Assembly: GCA_963845085.1 (NCBI GenBank)
Contig: CAWJQI010000001.1
Span: 393,845 to 457,844, forward strand
Length of the DNA stretch: 64,000 nt
From: Candidatus Fermentibacterota bacterium
GTDB taxonomy: Bacteria; Fermentibacterota; Fermentibacteria; Fermentibacterales; JCC-6
Reading direction: 5' to 3'
In this document: positions 53,764 through 63,838 of the stretch, piece after piece
Layout: the number at the start of each line of letters is the position of its first letter
Numbering within the stretch: position 1 is the stretch's first letter
The notes under the pieces: model-generated
Databases searched by the model: none
Told to the model about the DNA's origin: nothing
What the model saw: only the letters and a program-made list of their open reading frames with translations
Program-made: the position numbers and the translations under genes

Positions 53764-54405
53764 TCAACAGCATGCTTCATAGTGATTCACTTTCAGTCTT
53801 CTGGTAGCGGGAAACAGGTTTGCCTTCTCAGCCTCTTCGCAAAACCAGAACGGTGCCCAGAGGCTCTTCGAACGGTAGTAATTCTGGGCTACGCAGCTTC
53901 CGTTGCATGCCTTTTTAACCAGGCACTCACTGCAGATGCCCTCGAGTTTTTCCGGGAGACCTTCGCGGAGCGCTTTCAACACTTCGGAATTCATCCAGAC
54001 ATCTTCCAAACTGTCGATGCTTGAATGCCCGAACACGAGTTCGGGAACCGACTCCCCGATGCCGCAGAGCGAGTACGAACCGTCGGCAAGAACGCCAAGG
54101 ATGTTCTTGATTCCGCACACTCCGCAACCGCCGCCCTTTTCGCCAAGCATTTTCCCAAGCGGTTGAAATGCCGCGGGCTGTGTGAAGTACATCGGCAAAT
54201 CCGTTGATGGTGCAATTTCGTGGAGAACCCGTCTGCCAAGTTCAATGAGTTCGGCAACCGACAGGGTTTCCATTGCCTGATGCATCCGGTCTCCCCGAGC
54301 CGTGGGCTGAACCGGATTGAACTTGACGGAACCTGCACCGACGCACTTCGCAAGCCTCACAACACCTTCAACCTGGTCCTTGTTCCTCCGCATGAGTGAC
54401 ATGGT
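53764..54405 (-). CDS. scmF: ScmF-like radical SAM/SPASM protein, C-terminal half only
   Basis: MSLMRRN...GAGSVKFNPVQPTARG...CGVCGIKNILGVLADGSYSLCGIG...CSECLVKKACNGSCVAQNYY...APFWFC; the SAM-binding CxxxCxxC is absent. Confidence 0.8.
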   Translation of the reverse strand, partial: TMSLMRRNKDQVEGVVRLAKCVGAGSVKFNPVQPTARGDRMHQAMETLSVAELIELGRRVLHEIAPSTDLPMYFTQPAAFQPLGKMLGEKGGGCGVCGIKNILGVLADGSYSLCGIGESVPELVFGHSSIDSLEDVWMNSEVLKALREGLPEKLEGICSECLVKKACNGSCVAQNYYRSKSLWAPFWFCEEAEKANLFPATRRLKVNHYEACC

Positions 54406-54818
54406 TCCTCGAGAGGGGCATGGCAACGATCAGGCAGAGAGGATCATGCCTCTTTCATAGAGAATGAGCATACAAGATTCGAGGAGAAAAGGAGGGTTTT
54501 CACATGCTGAACATTACTCATGAAGCCTTCCTGCTGAAAGCAGGCGAGGGTAAATCGGTTCGGCTTGGGGTGCCGCTGACACCGAGATCGAAGCTGGAGA
54601 GGTCGATGTCTGGAATGTGTGCCGGATCAGCGGTATTATACGGAGCAAGCGCATTAACACCTGTTACATAACCTGCGCAGTTCCCACTCACACTTGCCTC
54701 ATTCGTAGGCGTTATGCTCATCAGGTCGGTTTCGGTTGCCCCCGCAGAAAGGCAGTTTTTTTCATAAGATCGCACGCGATGTGACGCCCACCATCAGGTG
54801 TTTACTCTAAAGAGGACC

Positions 54819-55004
54819 TTACACTTCATCCTCCTGTGAAACCCGGACGATCGGGAACCCCTCTTCATCGATAATTACGCGAACAGTAATCGGCTTACAG
54901 CAAACTTGACAGTCTTCAATATAATCTTGCTTTCTTACAGAGGTATCGACGAGGAGCTCGATTGGCTCGCCGCAATAAGGACACAGGCTGTTGACCGGTT
55001 CCAT
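54819..55004 (-). CDS. CPXCG motif cysteine-rich protein
   Basis: CPYCGEPIELLVD.S...YIEDCQVCCKPI. Confidence 0.9.
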   Translation of the reverse strand: MEPVNSLCPYCGEPIELLVDTSVRKQDYIEDCQVCCKPITVRVIIDEEGFPIVRVSQEDEV

Positions 55005-55323
55005 ATCAAACACTTCTATTCACCACCCTGGAATTATTATACGTTGAAGGCGGCAAGTAAAGCAACGGCACCCTCGGGCCGATAACGGCAAGACAGTAGC
55101 ACCACTGTTTCACTGGACCAGCAACGTCCCGTGCCTTTGTTTAGACGACGTCCATGTTGCCATGTGTGCCCATTGTGAATTGTCAAGCTGCAAGACCTTA
55201 AGATGTTCCATTTTGGGATGTAACGTCCTGCACAATCCTGCACTACCCTGAAAATATGACACCATAATTCTGACAACCAATCTTATCTATGCTATAAAAG
55301 TTTATAAGCAACAGGGAGGACAA

Positions 55324-56639
55324 ATGCGAAAGATAAACAAGCTGTGTCGGGTGTTATTTGTGGTTTTAGCAGTGGCAACAATGGCCGGCTGCGGCAGCAG
55401 CAAAAACGACAGTAAGAGCTCTATCATCGTTACGGTCACAGATTATTCTACAACCGGCTTTCGGGTGCAGCCGTAGTACTGGGAGACAGCACCGGTGCCA
55501 TGAAGACCCACGGCACGACCGATGTGAATGGGGAGATCACTTTCATTGATCCGCCTGCCAACGCCACGGTGACCGCGGCCATCAGTTGCCTGCTCTCCGG
55601 ATCCACTCAAACAGTGTACGACATGGATGTAAAATACGATGTGAACGGGCCGGCTACTCTGTACCTTGGCGACTGCTTCCCTCCAGCCTCTCCGGATCAG
55701 GGAACAATAAAAATCAATGTATCAAACACTTTTAACCACGTTGCCAAAAACCGGATATTCATCAACAACTCTGAAGTATATTTGTGGCCCGAATCGCTCA
55801 TCACTCAGCAGACCGTTACTGTCAAGTCCTACTATCTCGGACCAGACGGAAAGCTTTCGATTATCGTGACAGGCCTGGATGCGACGGGCAAGTCCATTGC
55901 CTATGGCGCTCTCCCGGACCAGACGTTTGTAGACGGGATGACGGTCAATATCACCGTAGACCAGCCGATGAGCTTTGTTGAGTATCAAGTCACTAATATG
56001 CCTGCAGCCACAAAAAATCTATACCTCTCGATCTTTCATAGCAGCACAGGACCCGAATTCCTCTCCTGGAGCGACGGGTTTGCCCTGTCATCCGCGCCGA
56101 CCTCGACGACCGTACTGGTCGGTTATATCCCGGGACTCGGAGGGCAGTTCAGGTATGGAGTTGGTGCATACTTGGATCAGAACCAGAACGGGTTTACGGA
56201 CGCAATGCAGTATATATACTTTGGCGGATCAATCGTGCCTTCAAATCAGGTTTTTGACTTTAGCCAGGCGCTGCCGGTCCCGTCAAATCTCGCGGTAAGC
56301 GGAGCAAATACAGCGACACCGACTTTTTCATGGAGCGGCGTTCCCGGCGTCACTGATATAAATGTCATGACCGTGGTGCAGTTGCCCTCCAATCCTCATT
56401 TTTATTTCTGGCCCCAGCACATGTCGCCCACGAGGACCAGCATTACATTCCCGGAACTGCCCGACTCTCTCGCAGCCTGGAGACCTGCCGGAGTTGACAC
56501 TTTCAGCGTTTATGCGGCTGCATATTCAGAAGAAACATCAAGATCCAGTATGGCAATGTATTCCACGACGTTCAACTATGCACCGCTTTTGAGCAAACCA
56601 CAGCCCGACTTTCTATTGAAGCAGCGGCCGGGAAGGTAA
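55324..56639 (+). CDS. Beta-rich lipoprotein, frameshift near 55460
   Basis: GGAGG + MRKINKLCRVLFVVLAVATMAGC, continuing LSGAAVVLGD...GTTDVNG. Confidence 0.7.
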
Positions 56640-56659
56640 CGTTAATGGTATTCCAAAAT

Positions 56660-56696
56660 AGAGGGGAGACGCACTGCTTTTGCACCTCCCTCTTTT
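56660..56696 (+). terminator. Probable intrinsic terminator
   Basis: AGAGGGGAG...CTCCCTCT followed by TTT, between convergent genes. Confidence 0.55.
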
Positions 56697-56717
56697 AAGT
56701 TAGGGTGTGAGGTGAGT

Positions 56718-59583
56718 TTATGTCTCACTTGCTTCTCGCTTGCGCACAAGGAAATAGAACGCGGCGGTCATAAGAAGCAAAATCAGCATCAGGTATAACG
56801 AGGGCTCGGACATCTGGCGCTCCTCGCCGATGTCGAGTGACTTGTTCGCGGAAAGAACTTTTTCCTGCTTCCGCAGCAACGCCAGCCTTTGCGCCTCGTT
56901 CTCAAGCGCGAGGAATGACGTGACCGGGGTCAGAATGCGTGTCCTGAAACTGTTCTTGATCAAAGCAAGCCGCAGGGTCTCCGATTTTGAAGGATACAGT
57001 TCCATGTACCTGCTCATGCCCTCGAGCGCGAGTCCGTTCTCCCATGACGCATCCTTCACGTCGGCCGATGAAATGCCGGCGCCGGGTCTCAGCACGATGC
57101 TTGCCTGTTTGTCATCAGAAGAAAAGCAACGGGGTCCTTTTTGTCCGGCCATGCCAGGACGTAGTTTGCCGTACTGTCGATGTGCTTGCCATTCTGCTCA
57201 AACCGGGGCGCGCTCAGCGGCCGGCTGTTCAATCCGCCGAGGGGCCCAAGCTCATAATAAGAGTTTATTCTCGGGCAACAGCGATACAAAGCCGTTCATG
57301 CCTTCCGACAAAAATCGCGTTCCCGGGACGGTCGGACACCAGACGAAGACCGGATATGCGCGCGAGTGCTCCTGATAATTCCGGAACAATATGTTTTTCA
57401 TTGCCCGCTCCAGAAAAAAACCTCCCTGGCTCGGGAACTTCCTGACCTTGTCTTCCCATCCATCCTTCAGGTCGAACGTGGTCGTCTGAAAATTTGCAAG
57501 CGTGATTCTGGCGCCTTCAGCTGTCCGCGGGTTTGCGGCCCAGGAATTTCCGGATTCTCTTGATATAGCCCTCTTTCATTTTTTGAGTATCGGCTGAGCA
57601 ATCGAGAATGAAATGATAGTAGGGTTTTCGATTGATCTGCGGCAGCTTTGCCTTGACGTTTTCCGGAATATACACCACATTTCCGTCCAAAGCCGACACG
57701 GTCTCTTCCCGCTCGTGACCTCGAAGAGCTGCCGGATGACCGTCGATATCCAGCCGGACCGGGCCGCGATGCATCACTTCGAATCCCGTGTAACGGGTCT
57801 CTCCCGCTCGCGAAGGGAAAGACCCTGAGCATGATCTCCCCGCCGTCCGTGTAATAAAGGATTCCCGGGTCTCTTCCTTCCGACGTTATCTGCTGATAGA
57901 CCCACGTGGCGCTCTTCTTGTCGGTGAGAATGCCCCTTGACCCGCTCATTGCCGATCTTCAGGTAGTAGTCATCGATCCATGCGCCTGCAGGCAGCCGGA
58001 ACCGGGTTACATACTCTTGCTGCTGCCGGTTTGAGCTGTTACTGATCTCGAGGTGTACCCAGGTCCTGTTATATCCTCCGTTTTTCAAGAGGCCGCTTCA
58101 GTTTTGATCGAAACGATGGCCGGCCTCGGCCCTTCGGCGGGATTGTCTGCCGCTTTCCCGATACTCTCACATCCGATGTTCCCCAGAAGATCCTTTCAAG
58201 AACGTGCAGCTTCCTGCTCGAAAGCGTCATATTGTCCAGGACAAGCCAATGATAGAACGGAGTGATATAGGGTTTCCGCTCGGACATGAATGGCGGTTTC
58301 TGCTTGTTTGCCTTTGATGCTGTCCAGCGTCCGCCGCGCCGCGGAGACGATTGATGCGCGCGGAGATTAACGGAAAAATCGGGATTGTAAACAAAATCCA
58401 GCATCCTGTTCAGCATGATCCTGTGCATGCATGAATTTCCCGGTAATCCCCAGGGGAAGAACCAGGAACCCGATGAGAAAGACCGCTATCACGGATCTCC
58501 GGCCGTATTGCTCTTTCAGGAACCGGTAATCAGTCGTCAGGGAATGGGTATGAACAACCATTACCAGGAGCGGCGTCAGCATGAGAAACCCCAGTCCGAC
58601 CGCGATGATTGCCGGAATGGCCAGCGGCAAAAAAGGGAAGCAGTGCGAGGAAAAAATAGAAGACGAAGGAATAGGTGATGCTTTTCGCCAGAAAGAGGGC
58701 GAAGCCTGAGGCGCGGGTTTTGAAAACCAGGCAGCGAAAGGAGGACGCCGTTCAGTGCAGCAGTAAGGTAATACCACGGGCTGCTCATGATCGCCGAGAA
58801 AATCGAAGAGGCCCCTCATCCCTGCTTCCCGCGGACTAGGGCTCCGTTATACACGCCGAAACAGACCAGCGGCAGGACAACCAGGAAAAAGAGCTTGTAA
58901 AGATAGGCCCGGCGGTATTCTGCAAGGGGCTTTTTCAATAAGAGGAGATACACCAGGCGAACGGCGTAGAACAGGAAAACGATGGTGCTGATCGAGGACC
59001 AGGATGAGCAGTACGTGCATCATGAATTTTTTATCGAGAAAACTCAGGTACGTCCTGCCGAATAGGCTCTTGAGCATCGGGATGCCGACATTCACGCATA
59101 AATACCAGAAAGCCGGGATAATGAGCGCGCCGATGATCGTGCCCTTCAACGGGTGGTCTTTCTCTTCAGGGCGTGAACCCCAGGACCAGCAGGACCAGGC
59201 CATGAGCGAATGCCGGCATGAGAAACGTAAACGCATACAGGAAAAGATCTCCCCTTTCGAACATCCAGCGCGGTACGTTGAAAGGAATTACGGTAGAGTC
59301 ATTCATCAGGAAAACATACAGAAGCGGCAGGTACGTCAGAAAAATCAATGCGCCGAATAGGGTATCGATCGGTTTTCGTTTAATCCAGTGCGACAATGCC
59401 GTACACCGTGCTGGCGCACAGCAGCAGGAGAAGCAGGGAGCCGTACAGTTTCCAGCTGATGATGGATTCTTTCGACATCAGGGTCCTGATGACGAGATAG
59501 GAACTTAAATAAAGAAACAGCAGCACTGATTGCGGGAGGGTAATGGTCAGGAATATCCAGTATGGCTTGGCTAACTCTCTCAT
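56718..59583 (-). CDS. MSEP-CTERM sorting-domain protein, many frameshifts
   Basis: C-terminus MSEPSLYLMLILLLMTAAFYFLVRKR; polytopic N-terminus; VIT-like EYVTRFRLP...YYLKIG...KKSATWVYQQI...RDPGIL. Confidence 0.85.
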
Positions 59584-60233
59584 TCTGTTTTCCTTTCGCG
59601 CTCGTGGATCGTCAAATTCTGCCAACATGAGTTCGCAACGGCTTTTTGGGAGTAATGCGGCCTGGGCTTTAATTCTCTGCGCCCCTGTTTTCGATCGCCC
59701 ATGAAGTGAAACGTAGTACAGGACCAGGAAAGAAAAGTAAACGAAGATGCCTTGTGCTTCATGGACAGTATCGGTACTGGCGAATCTAAAATGACTTGCT
59801 GCATGCAGAAGAGCGATGCCGACTACGATCCGGAAGGAATTGACCATGACCGTGACGGTATATGCTGCGAGAATAAGGACTGCAAACGCAGGCAGTTTGT
59901 GCCGCGTAAAACGCGGAACAAAGGAAAATATCGTCATGCACAGCGCAAGAACGAGATAATTCACTCCTGCGCAGCTTGTTCCGACCACAACCGCGTTTTC
60001 GAAATTGATATAGCCTTTTGCGGGATCAAAAAAGAATTGCAGGCCGGTAAAGGCCTTGACAAGATACATGGTAGGTGAGAGTATCCAGCCCAGGTCCGAG
60101 GCATTGGAAACGATCAGGAAAAGCTTGAGCCAGACAGCGATGGAAAGCGTAATAAGGAAGAGAAACGCATCCGCAAAGTCAGTCTTCGCAGATAAGCGAT
60201 AGGAGTGGAGAGACTGGCTTTATAATTCTGCAT
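59580..60233 (-). CDS. xrtK: Exosortase K, frameshifted at both ends
   Basis: DLGWILSP, SCAGVNY (Cys), NSFRI (Arg), HEAQG (His); adjacent to the MSEP-CTERM gene. Confidence 0.85.
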
Positions 60234-60381
60234 TTGCTGTCCCCCCCTTTTTTCCTCAGACTTTAGAATTATGCACAACTCTTCCTTTCTGTCCAGTGTT
60301 TTTCCCCTTTCAAATTATCGATGAATGCCAGGCAGCAGGCCCTGGTCCAAAGAGGTCTTCCGAAGAAGTACTAACAAGTCG

Positions 60382-60418
60382 AAAAAATAAAAGAGGCCCC
60401 GGCGTTTCGGGGGCCTCT
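60382..60418 (-). terminator. Intrinsic terminator
   Basis: AGAGGCCCC...GGGGCCTCT stem with a minus-strand U tract, after the stop at 60437. Confidence 0.8.
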
Positions 60419-60436
60419 GATTTGCTGCAATCTGAT

Positions 60437-60913
60437 TTACGCAACCTTTGCTTCGCGCAAATCTTCCGGACGCACCTCGAAGTAATCCCGATGGCCGAAC
60501 GCTTTGCGGTAATCGATCAACCAGACCTTTTTCGGGACTATTCTGACGAACCGGGAATCGGGATTCGGCGGCAGCGTTTTTGCGTACGGGAACTTTTCCA
60601 GAAAACGCGGCACGATATTCGCGACTTTTTCCGCTGACATGATCTCCGCTTCTCCTTCGATCTGCAGGCCGGTGATTTTGGACCAGTCCGACTCGTCCTC
60701 GTCAATCGTCAGCGATACCTTGGGATTTTTGGCTATATTCTTGACCTTCTCGGTCTTCGCACTCGTCGCGAAGTAAAGACTCAGGCCGTCGTTGAAATAC
60801 GCTATGGTGCTTGCGTGCGGCTGCTGCTGGTTCTCGGCGCTGATCGTCGCGAGGTTCCCGTAGAGATGTCGGGATAAATAGGAAATGGCTTCTTTTTTCT
60901 TAGCATCGTCCAT
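60437..60913 (-). CDS. Pyridoxamine 5'-phosphate oxidase family (split-barrel) protein
   Basis: LATIS...PHAS...LYFATS...KVKNIAKNPKVSLTID...GLQIEGEA. Confidence 0.9.
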   Translation of the reverse strand: MDDAKKKEAISYLSRHLYGNLATISAENQQQPHASTIAYFNDGLSLYFATSAKTEKVKNIAKNPKVSLTIDEDESDWSKITGLQIEGEAEIMSAEKVANIVPRFLEKFPYAKTLPPNPDSRFVRIVPKKVWLIDYRKAFGHRDYFEVRPEDLREAKVA

Positions 60914-61041
60914 GGCACATTGCCTCCTTCCTCTTTAATGGTAGCGCCAATTGAAGACAGGCTGCATCAGCAGTCCCGACCGTTCATACTGAGGTCTCAT
61001 CCATTAAGGCTAAAAACGAGCGGCTTTTCCTGCTCTTTAAT

Positions 61042-61077
61042 AAAAAAGAAAGGGACAGGATCTCTCCTGCCCCTTTT
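61042..61077. terminator. Probable terminator hairpin
   Basis: A tract + AAGGGACAGGA-TCTC-TCCTGCCCCTT + T tract. Confidence 0.55.
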
Positions 61078-61143
61078 CGAAAGCGGATGAGTGATGCTTT
61101 CCTATTTTACTGAAAAAGCGGCGTACTGCGAGGTGCCGTCGGT

Positions 61144-61437
61144 TCAATCCTCGCGCGAACGCCCTCGTTTACCGGTCTCATTGAGGAACGGACGCAACAG
61201 GAAATAGTAAAGCGCGGGAAAGAGGAGAAAAACCAGAAACAGGGAATCTAAAATAATCCCGACAAGGGGATCATTCAATTTCAGGTACTGAAGGACGGTC
61301 GTCATGATCACCTCCACCACCAAAATCAATATGATCGCGGCGAGCAGAAGTCGAAGAGGCAATGGGCAGCTTTTTTTGCTGTCTGTCAATAGCCTGTTTG
61401 ACCATTGATCTGCCAGCCTTGATATACGACGCTTCAT
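61144..61437 (-). CDS. Small two-TM membrane protein
   Basis: Two hydrophobic helices, LDS..L....FPALYYFLLRP. Confidence 0.55.
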   Translation of the reverse strand: MKRRISRLADQWSNRLLTDSKKSCPLPLRLLLAAIILILVVEVIMTTVLQYLKLNDPLVGIILDSLFLVFLLFPALYYFLLRPFLNETGKRGRSRED

Positions 61438-61837
61438 TCTGAAATACCTTTTTGCAGTCCTGTTGGGAACGCTTTTCGTTATTTCCTTTTCCTTTGCATT
61501 CGTTAATATATCATTACTATTTGTATTTTCATTCGGCTTTTGTTGCTGATTTTATCGGCTTTTTGTAAAGCAAGTAAATTGGGGAGGTTAAAGGCGAGCA
61601 GCGCAGACTCGGAGAAGGGTTAACGATATTGACTTACCCCCTGCGCCGGGCTGCAAGCAAAAGCAAGGAAGTAAGAAGGCAGAAGTGATGAGGCAGACAA
61701 GGACCGACGAGTTTCGACGAGAAACGACGAGATGCGACAAGTAAGGAATTTTTACTTTTTAATTTTTACTTCTTAATTGTTCTCCTCGGAATTTCGGGGA
61801 TGCAAGGGGGTAAAGGCGAGCACAGACTAGGAAGGGT

Positions 61838-62650
61838 CTACGTAGCTCGTGATGGTCCCGTCGCCTCTCCGTCGCTTCTCCGTCGCTTCTCGTCGCTTCT
61901 CGTCGCCTCTTGTCGCCTCCCCGTCGCTTCTCGTCGGGTTTCTCGCTCCCCATCTGCCTCACGGCCGAACAGCCTGGTGAAGAGCTCAGGCACTTCGGAT
62001 TCAAACGCGAGCCGTTTGCGGCTGAAGGGATGCTTGAAGGAAATGGACCTGGCATGGAGCGCCATGCGCGGAAGCCTGTCGTCCCCTGTTCCGTACTTCT
62101 CGTCTCCGGCAACAGGGTGGCCCAGGCCCGCAAGGTGCACCCGTATCTGGTTCTTTCTGCCGGTCAGAAGAGTGACTTCCAGCAAAGAGAGCGCTCTTTT
62201 CTCCCGGATGACCCTATAGACCGTCTGAGCCAGCTTTCCCTTTTCGCTGTCCCGCGTTGCGTAGACGAAATAGTCCTCGTCTTCAGCGAGGTAGCTCGTG
62301 ATGGTCCCGTTTTTCTTTTCCAGGACACCATGGACGATCGCAAGATATCTTTTCTCGTTTTCTTTCCAGTGAGCCTGCAGCCGTTCCTTTGCCTCTTCGC
62401 TCTTTGCAAACAGGAGCACGCCTGAAGTGTCCCTGTCCAGCCGGTGGACCACCCACAGACGTTTTCGGCATCTGCCGCAGCCTTTTCTGATGTACTCGGT
62501 CAGGATGGAATGCGCCGTGCGCAAATTTTCATGTTCCGTAGCCACGGTCAAAAGGCCCGAGGGCTTGTCAACGACCAGGATGTCCTTGTCCTCGTACAGG
62601 ACCTCGAGTCCGTGGGGCAGACGCCTGCTGTTCGAACCTCGTCTTCGCAT
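61838..62650 (-). CDS. RluA family pseudouridine synthase with repeat-derived C-terminal tail
   Basis: VVDKPSGLLT, VHRLDRDTSG, TGRKNQIRVH, GDEKYG, LHA. Confidence 0.93.
   Translation of the reverse strand: MRRRGSNSRRLPHGLEVLYEDKDILVVDKPSGLLTVATEHENLRTAHSILTEYIRKGCGRCRKRLWVVHRLDRDTSGVLLFAKSEEAKERLQAHWKENEKRYLAIVHGVLEKKNGTITSYLAEDEDYFVYATRDSEKGKLAQTVYRVIREKRALSLLEVTLLTGRKNQIRVHLAGLGHPVAGDEKYGTGDDRLPRMALHARSISFKHPFSRKRLAFESEVPELFTRLFGREADGERETRREATGRRQEATRSDEKRRRSDGEATGPSRAT
61858..61945. repeat. Degenerate tandem decamer CGTCGCTTCT (further copies at 62857-62896, inverted at 61706-61741)
   Basis: Directly visible tandem units. Confidence 0.85.
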
Positions 62651-62995
62651 ATGCCATACTACCATATTTCCAGGAAAAAGGTGACGTGCCTCGACCAGAC
62701 GGGCCATTGCGGTGCGATTACCAGAGAGAAGACGAACAGTCAAACATTACTGATGGCATCAGGCAAATTGCAGGGAAGGTGGTTGAATTTTGAGCTAAAA
62801 AACAGAGGAAGGCTTTGCTGGGCAGCGCGGCGATGGCCATACATGAATCAAGATTGCGTCGCTTCTCGTCGCTTCTCGTCGCCTCTCCGTCGCGTCACGG
62901 TTGGGTGACCCTAAGTGTCCTCCGTGCCTCTGTGGTTAAATCTGACTTTTATGGTTTTGAGATTTATAATTGGAATTTCCTCTGAAGGAGGCATT

Positions 62996-63166
62996 ATGCC
63001 TGACATTCAAAGCATGATCGATAAAGAAGTTGAAGTAATTGCCAACGGAACGCGGTATACCGGAATATTGATCGAGGTTTCCGACGCTGAAGTTCATCTC
63101 AAAGGACCTATGCAGTGGATATCCCTGCCATCATCGTCCGTCAGCCAGATCAATCTCAAGCATTGA
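62996..63166 (+). CDS. Small Sm/LSm-like-fold protein
   Basis: GGAGG + MPDIQSMIDKEVEVIANGTRYTGILIEV...VHLK. Confidence 0.6.
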   Translation: MPDIQSMIDKEVEVIANGTRYTGILIEVSDAEVHLKGPMQWISLPSSSVSQINLKH

Positions 63167-63352
63167 TCCGTGTTTGAAGCATGTTTGTGCGCTATAGCAG
63201 TCCTGCCCTTTTGTGGTATTCCTGCTATAATCGATTTAACTGAATGAAGATAACGCGAGTAGCGTAATTATGCTGATCAGTATTCGTCCGGGCAAACGCC
63301 TGCTGAGTGATCAAATTAGTTTGTCCTTGCACTGTGCAAGTGGGAGGCAGCC

Positions 63353-63838
63353 ATGAAAAAAATAATATCCCTGTTTGTCTTTCTCTTTATACTGTTTACC
63401 GCAGCCGGGCTTCCTGCCGCTCCGGCAGCGAAGTCCTTACAGGGGCTAAAGCAGGTCAAGATCGTCTGCGACATGAACGTGGGGGATCCGAAGCTGCTGA
63501 TCACGCGGATGGAACTGCTGGACCGGACCTACCGCCAGATAGCGGGGTCGGGTGCGAAAACGACCGTGGTCGTCGCCTTCCGGGGCAAGGCCAGCCTTTT
63601 TATCACCAAAGGTGACGGCTATGTCGGCGCCGAAGGGAAGGACGCAAAGCCGAAAGTGAGGTCATGGATCGAACAGTTCAAAAAGAACGGCTTTATCCTT
63701 GAACAGTGCGCTCTAGCAGCAGAGATGTTGGATATCGACGTGAAGGATATACTGCCTGAAGTGGACGTCGTGGAAAACGGTTATGTGTCCCTTGTCGGAT
63801 ACCAGCAACAGGGATATGCATTCCTTCCAATGGATTGA
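63353..63838 (+). CDS. DsrE family protein with signal peptide
   Basis: VVAFRGKA...LEQCALA...VVENGYVSLVGYQQQGYAFLP. Confidence 0.82.
   Translation: MKKIISLFVFLFILFTAAGLPAAPAAKSLQGLKQVKIVCDMNVGDPKLLITRMELLDRTYRQIAGSGAKTTVVVAFRGKASLFITKGDGYVGAEGKDAKPKVRSWIEQFKKNGFILEQCALAAEMLDIDVKDILPEVDVVENGYVSLVGYQQQGYAFLPMD

Noticed and set aside
54663..54720. GCATAAC...GTTATGT attC-like ends on the minus strand
   Set aside because: Short, with a poorly paired interior and no integron integrase.
55088..55125. Minus-strand GAAAC-AGT..ACT-GTC resembling hammerhead stem III
   Set aside because: No CUGAnGA core upstream.
59380..60069. Apparent in-frame XrtK/MSEP-protein fusion
   Set aside because: Another frame ends at TGA 59580 with an ATGA overlap on the MSEP start, and the region is indel-rich; most likely an artefact.
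61858..61945. Possible CRISPR array
   Set aside because: Tandem 10-mers without spacers; no cas genes in the window.
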